NCBI GenBank assembly: GCA_016792585.1
Contig: JAEULB010000165.1
Span: forward strand, 4,337 to 68,336
DNA length: 64,000 nt
Direction of reading: 5' to 3'
DNA from: Rhodospirillaceae bacterium
GTDB taxonomy: Bacteria; Pseudomonadota; Alphaproteobacteria; SHVZ01
In this document: piece by piece, positions 61,851 to 64,000 of the stretch
Numbering within the stretch: position 1 is the stretch's first letter
Layout of the letters: each line of letters begins with the position of its first letter
Program-made: the position numbers and the translations under genes
Notes under the pieces: model-generated
The model's database searches: none
Told to the model about the DNA's origin: nothing
The model's input: the letters and a program-made list of their open reading frames with translations, nothing else

Positions 61851-61862
61851 CGCCTCGCTCCT

Positions 61863-62660
61863 CTAGCTTCCGGTGAAGGCGGGCTTCCGCTTCTCGAGGA
61901 AGGCCTTCCGGCCCTCGACATAGTCGCTGCTGGCGAAGCAGGCCTTGACCATCTCCTCGACCTTCCTCAGGTCGCGCTTGTCCGGATCCTTGTGGACCTC
62001 GTTCAGGCTCGCCTTGATCGTGGCGATGGTCAGCGGCGCGTTGCCGGCGATGGTTTCGGCCATGTCCATCACGGTCTTCTCCAGGTCGCCGTCGGCAACG
62101 ACCTGGTGGACCATGCCGCGCGCATAGGCCTCGGCGGCGTTGTACTGGCGGGCGGTGAAGAAGATCTCCTTGGTCACCGGCGTGCCGATGGTCTCGGAAT
62201 AGCGGCGCAGGCCCGGATAGCCGTACCCCAACCCCAGCTTCGCCGCCGGCAGCGCGAAGCGCGAGCCCTCTGTCGCGATGCGGATGTCGCAGCAGATCGC
62301 GAGGTTGAGCCCGCCGCCGATGCAGTGGCCGCGGATCATCGCGATGGTCGGCTTCGGAAACGCGTAGATGTGGCTGTAGAGGCGCTCGACCAGCGCGTTG
62401 TAGCGCTGCACGGCTTCCTCGGACTGGCGCTCGTCGGCGAACTTCGAGATGTCGGCGCCGGAGACGAAGGCCTTCCCGCCGGCGCCCGTGAGCACGACGA
62501 CGCGTACTTCCTTGTCTGCGAGAAAGCCGGCGAGGATCTCCTCGGCCTTCGCCCACATCTCGAAGGAGACGGCGTTGTGCTTCTCCGGATTGTTGAAGGT
62601 CATGATGCCGACCTTGCCTTCCTTCCGGGACAGCATCTTGTCGGTCATGGGCGTATCCAT
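61863..62660 (-). CDS. Enoyl-CoA hydratase/isomerase (crotonase) family
   Basis: 265 aa. VVVLTGAGGKAFVSGADI and an IGGGLNLAICCD oxyanion-hole region. Confidence 0.9.
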   Translation of the reverse strand: MDTPMTDKMLSRKEGKVGIMTFNNPEKHNAVSFEMWAKAEEILAGFLADKEVRVVVLTGAGGKAFVSGADISKFADERQSEEAVQRYNALVERLYSHIYAFPKPTIAMIRGHCIGGGLNLAICCDIRIATEGSRFALPAAKLGLGYGYPGLRRYSETIGTPVTKEIFFTARQYNAAEAYARGMVHQVVADGDLEKTVMDMAETIAGNAPLTIATIKASLNEVHKDPDKRDLRKVEEMVKACFASSDYVEGRKAFLEKRKPAFTGS

Positions 62661-62670
62661 CGCTCGACCC

Positions 62671-63870
62671 TCAGATCGTGTTGGTGGCGCGGAGCCGGGC
62701 GATCTCGTCCTTGGCCAGGCCGAGCCCGGCCAGGATCTCGTCGGTGTGCTGGCCGCGGGCCGGAGGCGGGGAGGCGAGCTTGCTCGGCGTCCGCGACAGC
62801 TTCACCGGCTGGCCCACCAGCGACAGCGGCTTGGCAGTGCCTTCGACCTTCGCCGCCATGCCGAGGTGCTGCACCTGCGGATCGGCGAAGACCTGGCCGA
62901 TATCGTTGATCGGGCCGCAGGGAACGCCGGCCGCGTTCAGCTTGGCGATCCAGTTGGCCGTGGTGTCGGTCTTCAGGACCTTGGCGATCTCGGCGTTCAG
63001 CTTGTCGCGGTTCTTGGAGCGGAGCTGGCCGGTGGCGTAGTCCGGATTGGTCAGCAGGCTGTCCTGCTCCGTGCACTTGGCGAAGCGGGCCCAGATCGCG
63101 CCGCCGGTGGCGGCGAGGTTGATCAGCCCGTCGGAGGTCTCGAACACGCCGGTCGGGATGCTGGTCGGGTGGTTGTTGCCGGCCTGCTTGGCGACCTCGC
63201 CGTTCACCAGGTAGCGCGCCGCCTGGAAGTCGAGCATGAAGATCTGCGCCTGCAGAAGCGAGGTCTGCACCCACTGTCCTTCGCCGGACTTGGTGCGCTC
63301 CATCAGCGCCACCAGGATGCCGAGCGCGCAGAAGAGTCCGGCGGAGAGATCTGCAAGAGGAATGCCGACGCGCACCGGGCCCTGGCCGGGAAGGCCGGTG
63401 ATCGACATCAGCCCACCCATGCCCTGCGCGATCTGGTCGAAGCCCGGACGTGCGCCGTAAGGCCCGTCCTGGCCGAAGCCAGAGATGCTCGCATAGACGA
63501 TCCGCTTGTTGACCTTCCTCAGGTCTTCGTAGGCGATGCCGAGGCGGTCCTTCACATCGGCGCGGAAGTTCTCGACGACGACGTCGGCCTTCTCGACCAG
63601 GCGCTTCAGCAGCGCCACGCCTTCGGGCGACTTCAGGTTCAACGTCATCGCCCGCTTGTTGCGATGAAGGTTCATGAAGTCCGGGCCTTCGCGCGGACCG
63701 CCCATGCCTTCGCCCTCTTCGAGGCTCTCGGGCATCTCGATCTTGATGACGTCGGCGCCCCAGTCGGCGAGCTGACGGACCGCGGTCGGTCCCGAGCGAA
63801 CCCGCGTCAGGTCGAGGACAGTGAGTCCGGAAAGTGCAGCCGATGCCTGCGGACGGCCAGAATTCGGCAC
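62671..63870 (-). CDS. Family III CoA-transferase (CaiB/BaiF)
   Basis: 399 aa. LSGLTVLDLTRVRSGPTAVRQLADWGADVIKIE is the family N-terminal signature. Confidence 0.9.
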   Translation of the reverse strand: MPNSGRPQASAALSGLTVLDLTRVRSGPTAVRQLADWGADVIKIEMPESLEEGEGMGGPREGPDFMNLHRNKRAMTLNLKSPEGVALLKRLVEKADVVVENFRADVKDRLGIAYEDLRKVNKRIVYASISGFGQDGPYGARPGFDQIAQGMGGLMSITGLPGQGPVRVGIPLADLSAGLFCALGILVALMERTKSGEGQWVQTSLLQAQIFMLDFQAARYLVNGEVAKQAGNNHPTSIPTGVFETSDGLINLAATGGAIWARFAKCTEQDSLLTNPDYATGQLRSKNRDKLNAEIAKVLKTDTTANWIAKLNAAGVPCGPINDIGQVFADPQVQHLGMAAKVEGTAKPLSLVGQPVKLSRTPSKLASPPPARGQHTDEILAGLGLAKDEIARLRATNTI

Positions 63871-63933
63871 GTCGATCCTCCCTGAATGCGCTCGTTGTCG
63901 CCTCGGCGCGTTGGCCGGACGCTAGGGTGCGGA

Positions 63934-63951
63934 TTGACGATTGTCAACAAT
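63934..63951. promoter_or_regulatory. Overlapping inverted repeats TTGAC-gatt-GTCAA and ATTGT-ca-ACAAT; candidate GntR-type operator upstream of the 14-gene cluster
   Basis: Read directly, 64-81 nt upstream of the CoA-transferase ATG. The GT-N-AC core fits the general GntR-family operator pattern. Confidence 0.3.
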
Positions 63952-64000
63952 TCGGCCCACGATCGCGACATGGCGAACTTCGGCGACAAGACCATCAGTC

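Noticed and set aside
63970-64000. Possible start of a plus-strand gene (ATGGCGAACTTCGGCGACAAG..., MANFGDKTIS) running off the window
   Set aside because: Only 10 codons are visible, there is no convincing SD, and no family can be assigned. The evidence is too thin to call a feature.
1-64000. Search for mobile elements, CRISPR arrays, tRNA/rRNA genes, toxin-antitoxin pairs and known defence-system genes
   Set aside because: I found no transposase, integrase, recombinase, Cas, restriction-modification or nuclease/helicase-type proteins among the translations. There are no direct-repeat arrays and no tRNA-like cloverleaf candidates in the short intergenic regions. The window looks like metabolic and transport accessory DNA rather than a defence or mobile island.

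Overview
This is a 64-kb, high-GC, very gene-dense window with about 58 protein-coding genes. I recognised no rRNA, tRNA, CRISPR array, transposase, integrase or phage genes. The gene content (BA14K, PRC-barrel, DUF4142, TTT and TRAP transporters) and GGAAC..CGTT promoter motifs suggest an alphaproteobacterium of the Rhizobiales type. That assignment, and every family call below, comes from reading the translations; no database search was run.

The window is a patchwork of catabolic and transport modules:
1. 0.8-11.2 kb: TRAP transporter, ATP-dependent hydantoinase/oxoprolinase pair HyuAB, D-aminoacylase and a CocE/NonD hydrolase.
2. 11.4-14.8 kb: peptide-type ABC importer with no ATPase genes.
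3. 14.8-21.2 kb: BKACE enzyme, class-III aminotransferase, non-pyrrolysine MttB-family methyltransferase and a dimethylglycine/sarcosine-dehydrogenase-like flavoprotein.
4. 21.2-23.5 kb: UxuA-like protein plus an MFS transporter.
5. 23.5-34.7 kb: head-to-head CocE/NonD paralogues, a displaced DppB-like permease, BA14K, and a minus-strand peptide ABC operon ending in an M20 amidohydrolase.
6. 35.5-37 kb: a stress-type locus.
7. 37-39.5 kb: enolase-superfamily, DUF4142-like and SDR genes.
8. 39.6-43.9 kb: hydrolase-thioesterase-boxC-boxB operon with no boxA.
9. 44-47.4 kb: 1-Cys peroxiredoxin, a stand-alone 4xPAS protein, and PRC-barrel and YjbQ genes.
10. 47.4-63.9 kb: a 14-gene co-directional minus-strand cluster (CoA-transferase, enoyl-CoA hydratase, GntR, ABC importer, TctCBA, MmgE/PrpD, two SDRs, HyuBA).

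The observations I rate highest are:
- consensus EcfG-type general-stress promoters, one of them a palindrome that reads as a promoter on both strands;
- an MttB-family methyltransferase with no corrinoid partner, embedded in an amine-catabolic neighbourhood;
- a boxCB module lacking boxA;
- a mirror-image pair of CocE/NonD hydrolase genes;
- split or incomplete ABC importers.

Many long ORFs in the supplied track are antisense or out-of-frame shadows typical of high-GC DNA and were rejected.
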